From Bacteroidales bacterium (GTDB lineage: Bacteria > Bacteroidota > Bacteroidia > Bacteroidales > JAIOZK01), in assembly GCA_021740625.1 (NCBI GenBank), contig JAIOZK010000002.1:169942-233941 (forward strand): a stretch of 64,000 nt of DNA, in the 5' to 3' direction. The notes beneath the pieces are model-generated. The model did not search any database and was not told the origin of the DNA. It worked only from the letters and a program-made list of their open reading frames with translations. Numbering within the stretch: position 1 is the first letter of the stretch; the number at the start of each line of letters is the position of its first letter. Positions 9,121 to 19,044 of the stretch are shown piece after piece. The position numbers and the translations under genes are program-made.

Positions 9121-11682
9121 ATGATAGATTATCAACCGACAAATAATACTTATCCAGACTGGAAGAAAGTGCTGGTAAAGCCCATTATTCCCGAGAAATT
9201 GAAGGGATTGTTCATCCTTTCTAAAAATTTGTGGTGGTCCTGGAACCCTGATGTAAAAGAGGTTTTCCGGTCGATTAATCCGGAACTGTGGAAAGAATCG
9301 GAGCAAAATCCAGTGTCCATGCTTGAAAAATTAAATCTTGACCAGTTAAAGGACCTTGAAAATGATGCCGGTCTGATGGAACGCATCGAGAGAATATACC
9401 AGGCCTTTGAAGATTACATGGGCAAGGTTTATGAAAAACCCAGCGAACAGATTGCTTATTTCAGCATGGAATTTGGTTTGCACGAGAGTTTGAGAACATA
9501 CAGCGGAGGACTGGGTATCCTGGCAGGTGATTATTTAAAAGAAGCCAGCGACCAGAACAGGAATATGGTGGGAGTTGGCTTGTTGTATCGTTATGGTTAT
9601 TTTCAACAATCCCTTTCTGCATATGGCGAGCAAATCGCTTCTTATATTCCGCAACGTTTCAACCATCTACCATTGAATCCTGTACGGGATGAAAACGGCA
9701 CCTGGATCAAAGTTGATGTGGAACTCCCTGGCAGAACAATCTATGCCAAGGTCTGGCGGGTAGATGTTGGCCGTACTCCCCTTTTCCTGATGGATACGGA
9801 TATTCCCGATAATTCGGAAGAAGACAGGGCCATTACCCATAAACTGTATGGAGGAGATTCTGAGCATCGGCTCAAGCAGGAAATTTTGCTGGGCATCGGT
9901 GGAATCAAAATGCTGGATGAATTGAAACTGAAACCTGTGTTATTTCACAGCAATGAGGGGCATTCTGCATTTATTGGGGTTGAAAGATTGAGAAAACTGA
10001 TCAATGAAGAAAATTATTCTTTTGAAGATGCTGTTGAGTTTGTAAGATCTTCCACCTTGTTCACCACGCATACTCCTGTCCCCGCAGGTCATGACTATTT
10101 CTCGCACGACCTGGTAAAAACATATCTGGGTGATTATATTCAAAACCTGAAGATCAGCTTTGAGGAATTCATCGAACTGGGAAGACTGGCCGGTTCTCAT
10201 TTCGAAAACAGTTTTTCCATGTCGGTGCTGGCACTTAAATTATCCCAGGAAATCAACGGCGTGAGCAAGATCCATGGTAGGGTATCCAGGCAAATGTTTT
10301 CGACACTGTACCCGGAATACTTTGATGAAGAGCTGAACATCGGTTATGTGACCAATGGAGTGCACTTCGAAAGCTGGGCAGCCAGTGAAAGCGCAGCTTT
10401 GTATAAGAAGATGCTGGGAAGCATGGATCAGTTGCGTAACCCGAAAATGAAGCAATGGAGTGCGATGCAGAACCTTGATAACAAAGATATATGGGAGCTT
10501 CGCAGGCGTTTGAAATCAAGGCTCTTTACCTTTTTAAGGGAATCCATAGAAAGGGATATGATGCACAGGCAGGAAAATCCCAAAATTATTTTTAAAACAT
10601 TGGAGAATTTGCATGAGGGGGCACTGACAATAGGTTTTGCCCGCAGGTTTGCCACATATAAAAGAGCCGGTTTGTTGTTTTCAAATCTCGAACGACTGGC
10701 ACAGATCATCAATGACGAGGACCAGCCGGTAATCTTTATCTTTTCCGGGAAAGCGCATCCGAATGATGAAGCAGGCCAGGCCCTGATCAGAAGGATCATT
10801 GAAATATCCAAAAAACCTGAATTCATCGGCAGAATCATTTTTATTGAAAATTATAATATCGCAGTTGCAAGAAAACTGGTTCAGGGTGTTGATCTTTGGC
10901 TAAACACACCTACAAGGCCCATGGAAGCTTCCGGGACGAGTGGTCAAAAGGCTGCTCTGAATGGTGTGCTGAACCTAAGTGTGCTTGATGGATGGTGGGC
11001 CGAAGGTTATAAACCAGGCGCCGGCTGGATGATCAAAGAGGAAAAAACCTACGAAGATCAGCATTTCCAGGATGAACTGGATGCCGAAAGCATTTACAAC
11101 ATCCTCGAAAATGAAATCATCCCCACTTATTTTGAAAGGGATGATAACAGCATTCCCAATCCTTGGGTGGATACGATCAAGAACAACATGGAATGGATCA
11201 GTCCACAATTTACCATGACACGGATGATGAATGATTATTTTGAGCAGTATTATCATCCCCTGATGGAGCGACATCGTTTCCTGTTACAGAACAATCGTAT
11301 TGCCAGCTTTACTTCCTGGAAAAGAAAAATAAAAAGAAACTGGAGCCGGATTGCCCTTGAGGAAGCCAGGATCCCCGATCCCACAAAGGAACCACTGAAC
11401 CTGGGTGAGAATTTCAGAGCGGACCTTCAAATCAAAGCTCCCGGACTGAGTGAGAAGGACCTTGGCGTAGAAGTCATTTTCGGACAAAAGGAAAATGATC
11501 AAATCGAAAAGATCGTTATCAGGCATGAATTGTCCTTTGTTGAAAAAAAGGAAGGCAATTATTTATTCCGTTGTGAATTTCCCCTGATCAATACCGGGGT
11601 TTGGGACTATGCTTTCAGAATTTATCCCCAAAATGAATTGATGCATCACAGGCTCGACCTGCCATTGATAAAATATTTTTAA
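9121..11682 (+). CDS. glgP: Alpha-glucan phosphorylase (GT35, maltodextrin/glycogen phosphorylase)
   Basis: 853 aa. It has NLWWSWNPD near the N-terminus, GGLGILAGDYLKEASD, and the PLP-lysine region PMEASGTSGQKAALNG. Confidence 0.9.
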   Translation: MIDYQPTNNTYPDWKKVLVKPIIPEKLKGLFILSKNLWWSWNPDVKEVFRSINPELWKESEQNPVSMLEKLNLDQLKDLENDAGLMERIERIYQAFEDYMGKVYEKPSEQIAYFSMEFGLHESLRTYSGGLGILAGDYLKEASDQNRNMVGVGLLYRYGYFQQSLSAYGEQIASYIPQRFNHLPLNPVRDENGTWIKVDVELPGRTIYAKVWRVDVGRTPLFLMDTDIPDNSEEDRAITHKLYGGDSEHRLKQEILLGIGGIKMLDELKLKPVLFHSNEGHSAFIGVERLRKLINEENYSFEDAVEFVRSSTLFTTHTPVPAGHDYFSHDLVKTYLGDYIQNLKISFEEFIELGRLAGSHFENSFSMSVLALKLSQEINGVSKIHGRVSRQMFSTLYPEYFDEELNIGYVTNGVHFESWAASESAALYKKMLGSMDQLRNPKMKQWSAMQNLDNKDIWELRRRLKSRLFTFLRESIERDMMHRQENPKIIFKTLENLHEGALTIGFARRFATYKRAGLLFSNLERLAQIINDEDQPVIFIFSGKAHPNDEAGQALIRRIIEISKKPEFIGRIIFIENYNIAVARKLVQGVDLWLNTPTRPMEASGTSGQKAALNGVLNLSVLDGWWAEGYKPGAGWMIKEEKTYEDQHFQDELDAESIYNILENEIIPTYFERDDNSIPNPWVDTIKNNMEWISPQFTMTRMMNDYFEQYYHPLMERHRFLLQNNRIASFTSWKRKIKRNWSRIALEEARIPDPTKEPLNLGENFRADLQIKAPGLSEKDLGVEVIFGQKENDQIEKIVIRHELSFVEKKEGNYLFRCEFPLINTGVWDYAFRIYPQNELMHHRLDLPLIKYF

Positions 11683-11754
11683 CAGCTCATTTTTGCTGTA
11701 ATTTATCAGGGAGTCAGCATAATTACTTATTTTTGACTTTATTGAATCATTATA

Positions 11755-14580
11755 TTGAAAATGGTCAGATCATTTGTCATCGGGCTTATTATCCTTGCAG
11801 CAATTCACTTTCAGCCGGTTTGTGCCGACCAGTTGAACATCCCTGAAATGCCTGATGAACATGATAGCCTGAGCCTTTTAACCATTGAATTTCTGAACCA
11901 GCTTGATACCAACAGGATTTTCAAAGAGCGGCCACTTGAGATCATTGATCTTGTTGACCGGATTGTTGAAAAAATAAACCGAAAAGAAGATTTTGATACC
12001 ATCATACCTGCAATCAATGAATTTGGCGTGCGTATGCGCAACAAGGGTATCTACATTCCCGCCCTTGAAATTCAGAACAAAGCTGCTGAATTGTCGCAAA
12101 GTGCGGGAGAACCTGGCAACCTTGCCATATCTTACAACAACATAGGTGTGATTTACCGAAGAATGGATGATTATCACAATGCAACCCTGTATCACCTGAA
12201 AGCATTGAGAATTTCGGACAGTCTTGACAACAAGCATGGGAAAGCTGTTGCGCTCAACAGTATTGGAAATATCGAATTTTCGATGGGCAATTATAATTCA
12301 GCACGACGTAATTTCCTGCATGCACTTCAGTTGGAAGAAGAAGTAAAAGTAAAAAGAGGTGTTGCGATCAATCTGAATAACATAGGCAATGTTTACATGA
12401 AACAGCATGATTATGCCACAGCCCTGGGTTATTATATGCGATCTCTGGAGGTTAATGAAAGCATCAACGAGAAAAGAGGAATTGCCATTTGTTATGACGA
12501 TATAGGAAATGTCTATTTAACCCTTGGAAACAACATCAAGAGCCTTGAATATTTTTTGAAGGCGCTGGAGATCAATCAGAAAATTGGTGATAAGCGTTTT
12601 ACTGCCAATAGTTTTATGAATGTAGGCAAGGCTTTCAAGGAACTCAAAGAATATAATCAAGCTTTGATATACAGCAATAAGGGATTGAAACTAGCACTTG
12701 AGATCAATGCAAGATCAAAGATCAGGGACTCATATGCGCTCATCTCAACGATTTTTACGCATATTGATCAGTATGATTCTGCTCTTTATGCCTACCGCAT
12801 GTCGGTAAATTATAAGGACAGTATACTCAATGAGACCAACCGCAGAAACATTGCGTGGCTGAAAACCGAATTTGAAACCGAGCGAAAGGAAAATGAAATC
12901 AACAACCTGCAAAACCAGGCACGCATCAACAGGGCCATTTCCATGCTGGCCAGTATTGGTGCCTCGGTTTTTCTGGTCATAGCTGCAGTGATCCTTTGGC
13001 TTTATTCTATCAACAGAAAGAAAACCCGGCTGCTCGGTGAAAAAAATGAAGAGATCAATAAGAAACAAGAGGAACTGAAAGAATATGCGGATAAATTATT
13101 GCTTGCCAAGGAACAGGCGGAAAAAGCCAATCAGACCAAAAGTAAATTTCTTGCCAATATCAGTCATGAGATCCGAACTCCCCTGAATTCGGTGATCGGT
13201 TTTACAGACATCCTGGAAAGTCAGATCAATCATGAATTGCACCGGGATTATCTTGAATCCATAAAATCCAGCGGGAAAAGCCTTCTCTCACTGATCAATG
13301 ATATTTTAGACCTGTCCAAAATTGAAGCCGATAAACTGGAAATTGATTTTGGTCCGGTAAAACTCGATAGCCTGCTCAAAGAACTCAGGAATATTTTCAT
13401 TCTGAAGGCAGAAGAAAAAGGACTGGAGTTCAGGATTACAATTGATCCGGAATTGCCTGAGCAACTTATCCTGAGTGAAGCCAGGCTCAGACAGATCCTT
13501 TTTAACCTGGTCGGGAATTCACTTAAATTTACAGAAAAAGGATTTATTGATTTGAGGGCTCAGAAAATAAAATGTAAGAATGAAAAATTCATCGGATTAA
13601 GACTTTCGGTTGTTGATACCGGCATTGGAATAGCTCCTGGTGACCAGGAACGTATTTTTGAACCGTTCAGTTACGACCATAGCTCTGAAGAAATCAAGGC
13701 TGAAAGCACAGGTTTGGGACTCAGCATCTCCAAAAGGCTGGTTGAAATGATGGGGGGTGAGATAAAGCTTGAAAGTGAGCCCGGGAAAGGAAGTACGTTT
13801 TCGGTAATTTTTCCTTCTGTAAGAATAATTCAGCCTCGACAGGATCATGAAAGCATGCCGGGTAAGGATTTTAGAAATATTCAATTCAGGAATGCCAGGG
13901 TTCTGGTGGTGGATGATATAAAAACAAACCGCCGCCTGCTGGCAGATATGCTATCCGGCAGAAATATCACCATCGTTGAAGCTCAGAATGGTTATGATGC
14001 GGTAAAGAAAATCATATCTGATCCACCAGATTTGATCTTAATGGACATTCGCATGCCAGTGTTGAATGGAATTGATGCTTTTCGGAAAGTCAGGCAGTAT
14101 AAAGAAATACGGCATATTCCAATTATTGCTATCACGGCCTATGCTTTGAAAGAAGAAAAGAAAGCATTTCTTGAAATGGGATTTGATGGCTATCTGCCCA
14201 AACCCATTAAAATCGAGGATTTGATCAAAGAGCTCAAAAAGCATCTTCCACATGAGGAAAGGCCGGATCGACAGGAAAAGAGCTTGTCAAAAGAACCGTT
14301 GTCCGACAGAATCGACCAGGAAGATCTTGGCAAACTGGAACCGAAAGATTTTGAAGACTTTATTACCAAATGGCATGATGTAAGAAAAAAACAATCTATC
14401 AGTGAAATCATTGAATTCGGAGAAGAAATTATGTTGGAAGGGCAAAAGCAAAAAAATCATGTATTGATCCGTTATGGTGAGCTTCTGTTGAGAAAAGCCC
14501 GTTCATTTAATGTGGAGAAAATGAATGAAACATTAATGGATTTTGTAAAACTCTTCCCGGAAGATGTTTCTCTTCAATAG
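11755..14580 (+). CDS. Hybrid sensor histidine kinase: signal peptide, TPR repeats, TM helix, HisKA, HATPase, receiver, C-terminal helical (HPt-like, no obvious His) tail
   Basis: 941 aa. The track start is a TTG at 11755 and an ATG follows at 11761. It has repeated TPR-like units ([16 protein letters not shown] and others), the H-box [14 protein letters not shown], the G-boxes VVDTGIGI / GLGLSI, and the receiver motif VLVVDD...LILMDIRMP. Confidence 0.85.
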   Translation: MKMVRSFVIGLIILAAIHFQPVCADQLNIPEMPDEHDSLSLLTIEFLNQLDTNRIFKERPLEIIDLVDRIVEKINRKEDFDTIIPAINEFGVRMRNKGIYIPALEIQNKAAELSQSAGEPGNLAISYNNIGVIYRRMDDYHNATLYHLKALRISDSLDNKHGKAVALNSIGNIEFSMGNYNSARRNFLHALQLEEEVKVKRGVAINLNNIGNVYMKQHDYATALGYYMRSLEVNESINEKRGIAICYDDIGNVYLTLGNNIKSLEYFLKALEINQKIGDKRFTANSFMNVGKAFKELKEYNQALIYSNKGLKLALEINARSKIRDSYALISTIFTHIDQYDSALYAYRMSVNYKDSILNETNRRNIAWLKTEFETERKENEINNLQNQARINRAISMLASIGASVFLVIAAVILWLYSINRKKTRLLGEKNEEINKKQEELKEYADKLLLAKEQAEKANQTKSKFLANISHEIRTPLNSVIGFTDILESQINHELHRDYLESIKSSGKSLLSLINDILDLSKIEADKLEIDFGPVKLDSLLKELRNIFILKAEEKGLEFRITIDPELPEQLILSEARLRQILFNLVGNSLKFTEKGFIDLRAQKIKCKNEKFIGLRLSVVDTGIGIAPGDQERIFEPFSYDHSSEEIKAESTGLGLSISKRLVEMMGGEIKLESEPGKGSTFSVIFPSVRIIQPRQDHESMPGKDFRNIQFRNARVLVVDDIKTNRRLLADMLSGRNITIVEAQNGYDAVKKIISDPPDLILMDIRMPVLNGIDAFRKVRQYKEIRHIPIIAITAYALKEEKKAFLEMGFDGYLPKPIKIEDLIKELKKHLPHEERPDRQEKSLSKEPLSDRIDQEDLGKLEPKDFEDFITKWHDVRKKQSISEIIEFGEEIMLEGQKQKNHVLIRYGELLLRKARSFNVEKMNETLMDFVKLFPEDVSLQ

Positions 14581-14606
14581 ATCAATGCATAATATAGGGG
14601 GTTCAT

Positions 14607-15761
14607 ATGTTTGAGATGAAAAATGAGCAGCAAAGTATACTGATCGTCGATGATATGCCAAAAAATATTCAGATCCTCGGGAATATACTTTACAGGGAAG
14701 GTTTTAAATTATCTTATGCACAGAGTGGGGAAGAAGCACTTGAACTTATTCAGATGAATCCCTATGATTTGATTTTGCTTGATATCATGATGCCGCAGAT
14801 GAATGGTTACGATGTTTGTGAGCGGATCAGGGGAAAAGAATCCACGCGCGAGATTCCCATCATTTTCTTAACGGCCAAAACGGATAAGGAAAGCATCGTG
14901 AAGGGGCTTTGCCTGGGAGCCCAGGATTATATTACGAAGCCTTTCAGCTCAGAGGAATTGATCCAACGTGTAAAGACCCACCTCCTGATTCGTTCTCAGA
15001 AAGAGCAATTAAAAAATGTGAACAAAACCCTGGAGAAAAAAGTAGAAGAGAGAACCAATCAGCTCAGGATTGCAAATGAGCAGCTCAAAAGCCTGGAAAA
15101 GGCCAAAAGTGAGTTTCTCAGCATCATCAGCCATGAATTGAGAACACCATTGAATGGGATCATGGGACTTACGGACCTTTTGAAGAATTCAATACAATCA
15201 AAGGAAAACCGGGAATACATCAATTATCTTAAAGAAGCTTCGGAAAGACTGGCGCGCTTTAGCGAGACCGCCATTTTAATCACAACCCTTAAATCGGAAC
15301 AGTATAAGTTTAATTTTACTTCCCAGAAAATAAAATACCTTATAGAGAATATTTTCGAAAGTTATGAGGAACGTTTCAGAGAAAAGAATATAACCCTAGA
15401 AATTGGAGCGTATGAGGATGATCTCCAGATCAACATTGATTTTGACCTGATCAAAACCTGTCTTGAGAATTTGCTTAACAATGCTTTGAAATTCTCACCG
15501 AAAGGCAGCAGGGTTCGTATTGACATTGATCAGAAGAAAGAATTTACAAACATTGGGATCAGTGATGAAGGACCTGGCTTCAACAGACAGGCCATGAACA
15601 ATATGTTTGAATATTTTTCCAATGCCGAAACTTCTCATTTTGAAGGAATCGGTCTTTCGCTGGCTGCCACAAAACTGATCATGGACGCTCATCAGGGTAA
15701 AATCCATATTGAGAACAATGAAAGTGCAGGTGCAAGGGTATGTCTGAGGTTCCCAAATTAA
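14607..15761 (+). CDS. Response-regulator receiver fused to histidine kinase (REC-HisKA-HATPase)
   Basis: 384 aa. N-terminal receiver ILIVDDMPKN...LILLDIMMPQMNG, H-box FLSIISHELRTPLN, and an ATPase with ISDEGPGF and GIGLSL. Confidence 0.85.
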   Translation: MFEMKNEQQSILIVDDMPKNIQILGNILYREGFKLSYAQSGEEALELIQMNPYDLILLDIMMPQMNGYDVCERIRGKESTREIPIIFLTAKTDKESIVKGLCLGAQDYITKPFSSEELIQRVKTHLLIRSQKEQLKNVNKTLEKKVEERTNQLRIANEQLKSLEKAKSEFLSIISHELRTPLNGIMGLTDLLKNSIQSKENREYINYLKEASERLARFSETAILITTLKSEQYKFNFTSQKIKYLIENIFESYEERFREKNITLEIGAYEDDLQINIDFDLIKTCLENLLNNALKFSPKGSRVRIDIDQKKEFTNIGISDEGPGFNRQAMNNMFEYFSNAETSHFEGIGLSLAATKLIMDAHQGKIHIENNESAGARVCLRFPN

Positions 15762-15843
15762 AATTTTTCAGACATTGGAACGTTTCTAAACTTTCAGAAG
15801 CCATCGTTATTGTTTATCTTTGGACAAAATAAAAATAACAGCT

Positions 15844-16590
15844 ATGAAATTGTTGGAAAACAAAACCGCATTAATAACTGGTGCTGCCAGGGGGATCGGT
15901 CGTGCCATCGCGCTGAAATTTGCTAAAATGGGTGCCGACGTCGCATTTACAGACCTCAATATTGATGATAATGTAAAAAGCCTTGAAGCTGAAATTAAAG
16001 AGATGGGGAAAAAGGCCAAGGGTTATGCCTCTGATGCCAGTTCTTTTGAGCAGGCAGAAAAGCTTATTTCCACTGTGATCAGTGACTTTGAAAAAATTGA
16101 TATTCTTGTCAACAATGCCGGTATCACACGCGACAATCTTTTGATGCGGATGACGGAGCAGGACTGGGATTTGGTGATCAAGGTGAACCTCAAGTCCATT
16201 TTTAACATGACCAAAGCCATTCAACGTACTATGTTGAAACAAAGATTCGGCTCCATTATCAACATGAGTTCTGTTGTCGGCATCAGTGGTAATGGGGGGC
16301 AGTCAAATTATTCAGCCTCCAAAGCCGGCCTGATCGGTTTTACCAAATCCATTGCAAAGGAGATCGGATCGAGAAATATCCGTGTGAATGCCATTGCACC
16401 CGGATTCATTGAAACGGAAATGACACAGAGGATTCCAGAAGAAGCCCGTAAAGCCTGGCTGGAAGATATTCCTCTGAAAAGGGCCGGGACAACTGATGAT
16501 GTAGCCAACATAGCCGTATTTCTAGGCAGCGATCTGAGTTCTTATGTAACAGGACAGGTGATCAACGTATGCGGTGGAATGGAAACTTAA
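15844..16590 (+). CDS. fabG: 3-oxoacyl-[acyl-carrier-protein] reductase (SDR)
   Basis: TGAARGIGRAIA cofactor motif, NNAG, and YSASKAG catalytic motif. The track ORF starts at a TTG (15820). I prefer the ATG at 15844 (MKLLENKTALITG), which gives the usual 248-aa length. Confidence 0.85.
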   Translation: MKLLENKTALITGAARGIGRAIALKFAKMGADVAFTDLNIDDNVKSLEAEIKEMGKKAKGYASDASSFEQAEKLISTVISDFEKIDILVNNAGITRDNLLMRMTEQDWDLVIKVNLKSIFNMTKAIQRTMLKQRFGSIINMSSVVGISGNGGQSNYSASKAGLIGFTKSIAKEIGSRNIRVNAIAPGFIETEMTQRIPEEARKAWLEDIPLKRAGTTDDVANIAVFLGSDLSSYVTGQVINVCGGMET

Positions 16591-16614
16591 GAACCTATAA
16601 ACCTTGTTTTTAAA

Positions 16615-18696
16615 TTGAATATCATAACTGATTTCCCACACTGGTTTATTATTTTTTGTCTCCTGCTGGGGGCATTGTTTGCATTTTTGCTTTATTACAA
16701 AGATAAGAGGTCGGAAATACCGCTATGGCTGAAAAGTATGCTGGCTCCGATCAGGTTTCTGGTAATCAGCCTGATTGCCTTTTTACTACTTTCACCGCTG
16801 ATCAAATCCAGAACCCGCGTAGAAGAGAAACCAAAAGTGATCTTTTTTCAGGATAATTCAAGGTCGATCATTGCCAGCAGTGATTCCTCTTATTACCAGA
16901 ATCAATACCCTGATTTGCTTTCTTCTTTTCTGCAGAAACTGGAAAACAATGCTAGTGTCAAAAAGTATCTCTTCGATGAAAATGTTGAAGAGATGAGCGG
17001 GCTTTCTTTTGACGGACTCAGAACTGATTTTTCAAAAATTCCCGATCTCATCGAGAACAATTACACCAACCGGAATGTTGCGGCAGTGATCCTTGCCAGC
17101 GACGGGATTTACAATACAGGTGCCGATCCCCTGTACGCTATGCGCAGTATCAATTACCCGGTTTATACCCTGGGGCTTGGAGATACCGGTCTCAAACCCG
17201 ATGTGGTTGTCCGCGATATTGACCATAATAAAATTGCTTTCTCAGGCAATGAATTTCCGGTGGAAGTTAACATTCAGGCTGATAGGTGCGAAGGCAGGAA
17301 ATTATCTGTCAGCATTGAGTACCAGGGCCGGAATCTGCGTCAAAAACAATTATTCATCGGCAAGCAGGAATTTAATCAAAACCTGCGATTCATGCTGGAG
17401 GCAGGCAGTCCGGGCATGCGTAAATATACGGTCGTGCTCGATGATCTGGAGAATGAAACGAATTTCAAGAATAACCGGAAGAATTTTTTTATAGAGGTAA
17501 TTGATAATAAAAGTAAAATATTGATCCTTTACAATGGTCCCCATCCTGATATTGCAGCCATAAATTCTGCTCTGATCGATAAAGATAATTACGAAATTGA
17601 AATGCAATCCCTGTCAGAATTCAAGGGAGATCTTGGAAACTACGCCCTTGCCATATTGCACCAGATTCCTTCGAATACCCGTTATGCAGCTAATTTGCAT
17701 GAACAATTGAAGCAGAATAAAACATCGTTACTCTTTATTTTGGGGCCGCAAAGCAACCTGAATTTTTTCAATAACCTCAACAGTGGATTAAAGATCAGCA
17801 GCAACAGCAATGCTTTTGAAGATGCTTTTCCTGCCATTAACCCGGAATTTGTTTCCTTTTCGATTGATGAGGCAAGCCGGAATCAAATCAGGGAGTTTCC
17901 ACCTCTGCAGGTTTTTTTCGGCAATTACATACAGAGCAATGCCATCCAAAAGCTTTTAAACCAGAGGATCGGAAGTGTTGTTACAGATAAAGCACTTATT
18001 GCCTTTAATACAGCCGTGAAAAACAAAACAGGTTTCATTTGCGGAACGGGTATCTGGAGATGGAGGATAGAGGATAATAAACTTACGGGCAATCAGCATG
18101 CTTTTAATGCCTTGATCGGGAAGATTGTGCAATATCTGGTCATAAAGGAGGATAAGCGTAAATTCAGGGTAGATACAAAGAAGCAGATCACTGAAAATGA
18201 AAATGTGATTTTCGAGGCTGAATTATACAACGATAACTTTGAGCTGGTCAATGATCCAGAAGTAAGGATTATGCTGCAGGATCTGAAGAATAATAAATAT
18301 CCCTATACATTCAGCAAAAGGGGAAATGCTTATTATCTGAATGCCGGAAAACTGCAAACCGGTGAATACAATTACAGGGCAGAAACACAACTGGGTATTA
18401 AGAACTATGTGGAAGAAGGTGTTTTCATTGTTTCCGGTTTAAACATTGAACAAAGCAGGTTGAGGGCCGATCATAATCTTCTTTTTCGTTTAGCGGATGA
18501 ACATGGTGGCAGATTGCTCTACACCGGTGAACTGGAAGACTTTGCGGATGAACTAAGCGCCCGGGATAATTTTAAAACCGTACTTTCCTATTCCAAATCT
18601 TATGCGGAATTAATCAACCTGTCCTGGTTGCTCGGACTGATCATTTTGTTGTTGAGCATTGAATGGTTCCTGCGAAAATGGAGTGGAACATATTAG
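16615..18696 (+). CDS. Large membrane-anchored protein of unknown function (vWA/BatA-like N-terminal double TM, C-terminal TM)
   Basis: 693 aa with a TTG start. Two N-terminal TM helices are followed by VAAVILASDGIYNTGADP (vWA-like). The C-terminal hydrophobic helix ends LSIEWFLRKWSG, as in Bat-like proteins. The function is not recognisable. Confidence 0.5.
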   Translation: MNIITDFPHWFIIFCLLLGALFAFLLYYKDKRSEIPLWLKSMLAPIRFLVISLIAFLLLSPLIKSRTRVEEKPKVIFFQDNSRSIIASSDSSYYQNQYPDLLSSFLQKLENNASVKKYLFDENVEEMSGLSFDGLRTDFSKIPDLIENNYTNRNVAAVILASDGIYNTGADPLYAMRSINYPVYTLGLGDTGLKPDVVVRDIDHNKIAFSGNEFPVEVNIQADRCEGRKLSVSIEYQGRNLRQKQLFIGKQEFNQNLRFMLEAGSPGMRKYTVVLDDLENETNFKNNRKNFFIEVIDNKSKILILYNGPHPDIAAINSALIDKDNYEIEMQSLSEFKGDLGNYALAILHQIPSNTRYAANLHEQLKQNKTSLLFILGPQSNLNFFNNLNSGLKISSNSNAFEDAFPAINPEFVSFSIDEASRNQIREFPPLQVFFGNYIQSNAIQKLLNQRIGSVVTDKALIAFNTAVKNKTGFICGTGIWRWRIEDNKLTGNQHAFNALIGKIVQYLVIKEDKRKFRVDTKKQITENENVIFEAELYNDNFELVNDPEVRIMLQDLKNNKYPYTFSKRGNAYYLNAGKLQTGEYNYRAETQLGIKNYVEEGVFIVSGLNIEQSRLRADHNLLFRLADEHGGRLLYTGELEDFADELSARDNFKTVLSYSKSYAELINLSWLLGLIILLLSIEWFLRKWSGTY

Positions 18697-18697
18697 T

Positions 18698-18861
18698 TAG
18701 AGTCTGTCCATAAACTCGCCCTCCTTCGCAAACCCCTCTAACTCTCCGCCTGAGGCGGAGAGAACCATCCAACCCCTTGGTTGTGTGGGGGATTTCCCCT
18801 TCCGGGGACTAAGGGGGTGCGGAGGGTGGTGGTAAAATTGAAACTTTATGGCCAGACTCTA
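18698..18861. repeat. 164-bp GC-rich nested palindromic element (REP/MITE-like)
   Basis: The terminal inverted repeats are TAGAGTCTGTCCATAAA (18698-18714) and TTTATGGCCAGACTCTA (18845-18861), with 16 of 17 positions complementary. A second imperfect arm pair is CTCGCCCTCCTTCGCAAACCCC / GGGGGTGCGGAGGGTGGTGG. Internal small hairpins include TCTCCGCC-TGA-GGCGGAGA. Confidence 0.7.
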
Positions 18862-18864
18862 GTC

Positions 18865-19027
18865 AGCCATGTATGCACGAATTGGGTATATTTGTGAAGA
18901 GGTATATTGGTTTATTAGTATATTGGTTTTTTTGTTAATTGGTTGATTGGTGTAATTGATGAGACAGCTTGACTTTTGGTTCAAGATATTCTGGGGAAAT
19001 TTAAGTTTAATTCATGCATTCGTGGCT
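18865..19027. repeat. Inverted-repeat-flanked AT-rich segment carrying an ATTGG motif array and a TAnnTTTG box, upstream of the YdcF-like gene
   Basis: The inverted repeat is AGCCATGTATGCACGAATT (18865-18883) versus the reverse complement of 19009-19027 (AGCCACGAATGCATGAATT), with 16/19 matching. Inside, the 12-mer GTATATTGGTTT occurs twice (18902-18913 and 18918-18929). ATTGG occurs at 18881, 18906, 18922, 18938 and 18946. TATATTTG lies at 18887-18894. Confidence 0.5.
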
Positions 19028-19044
19028 ATTTAAAATAATTTGAT

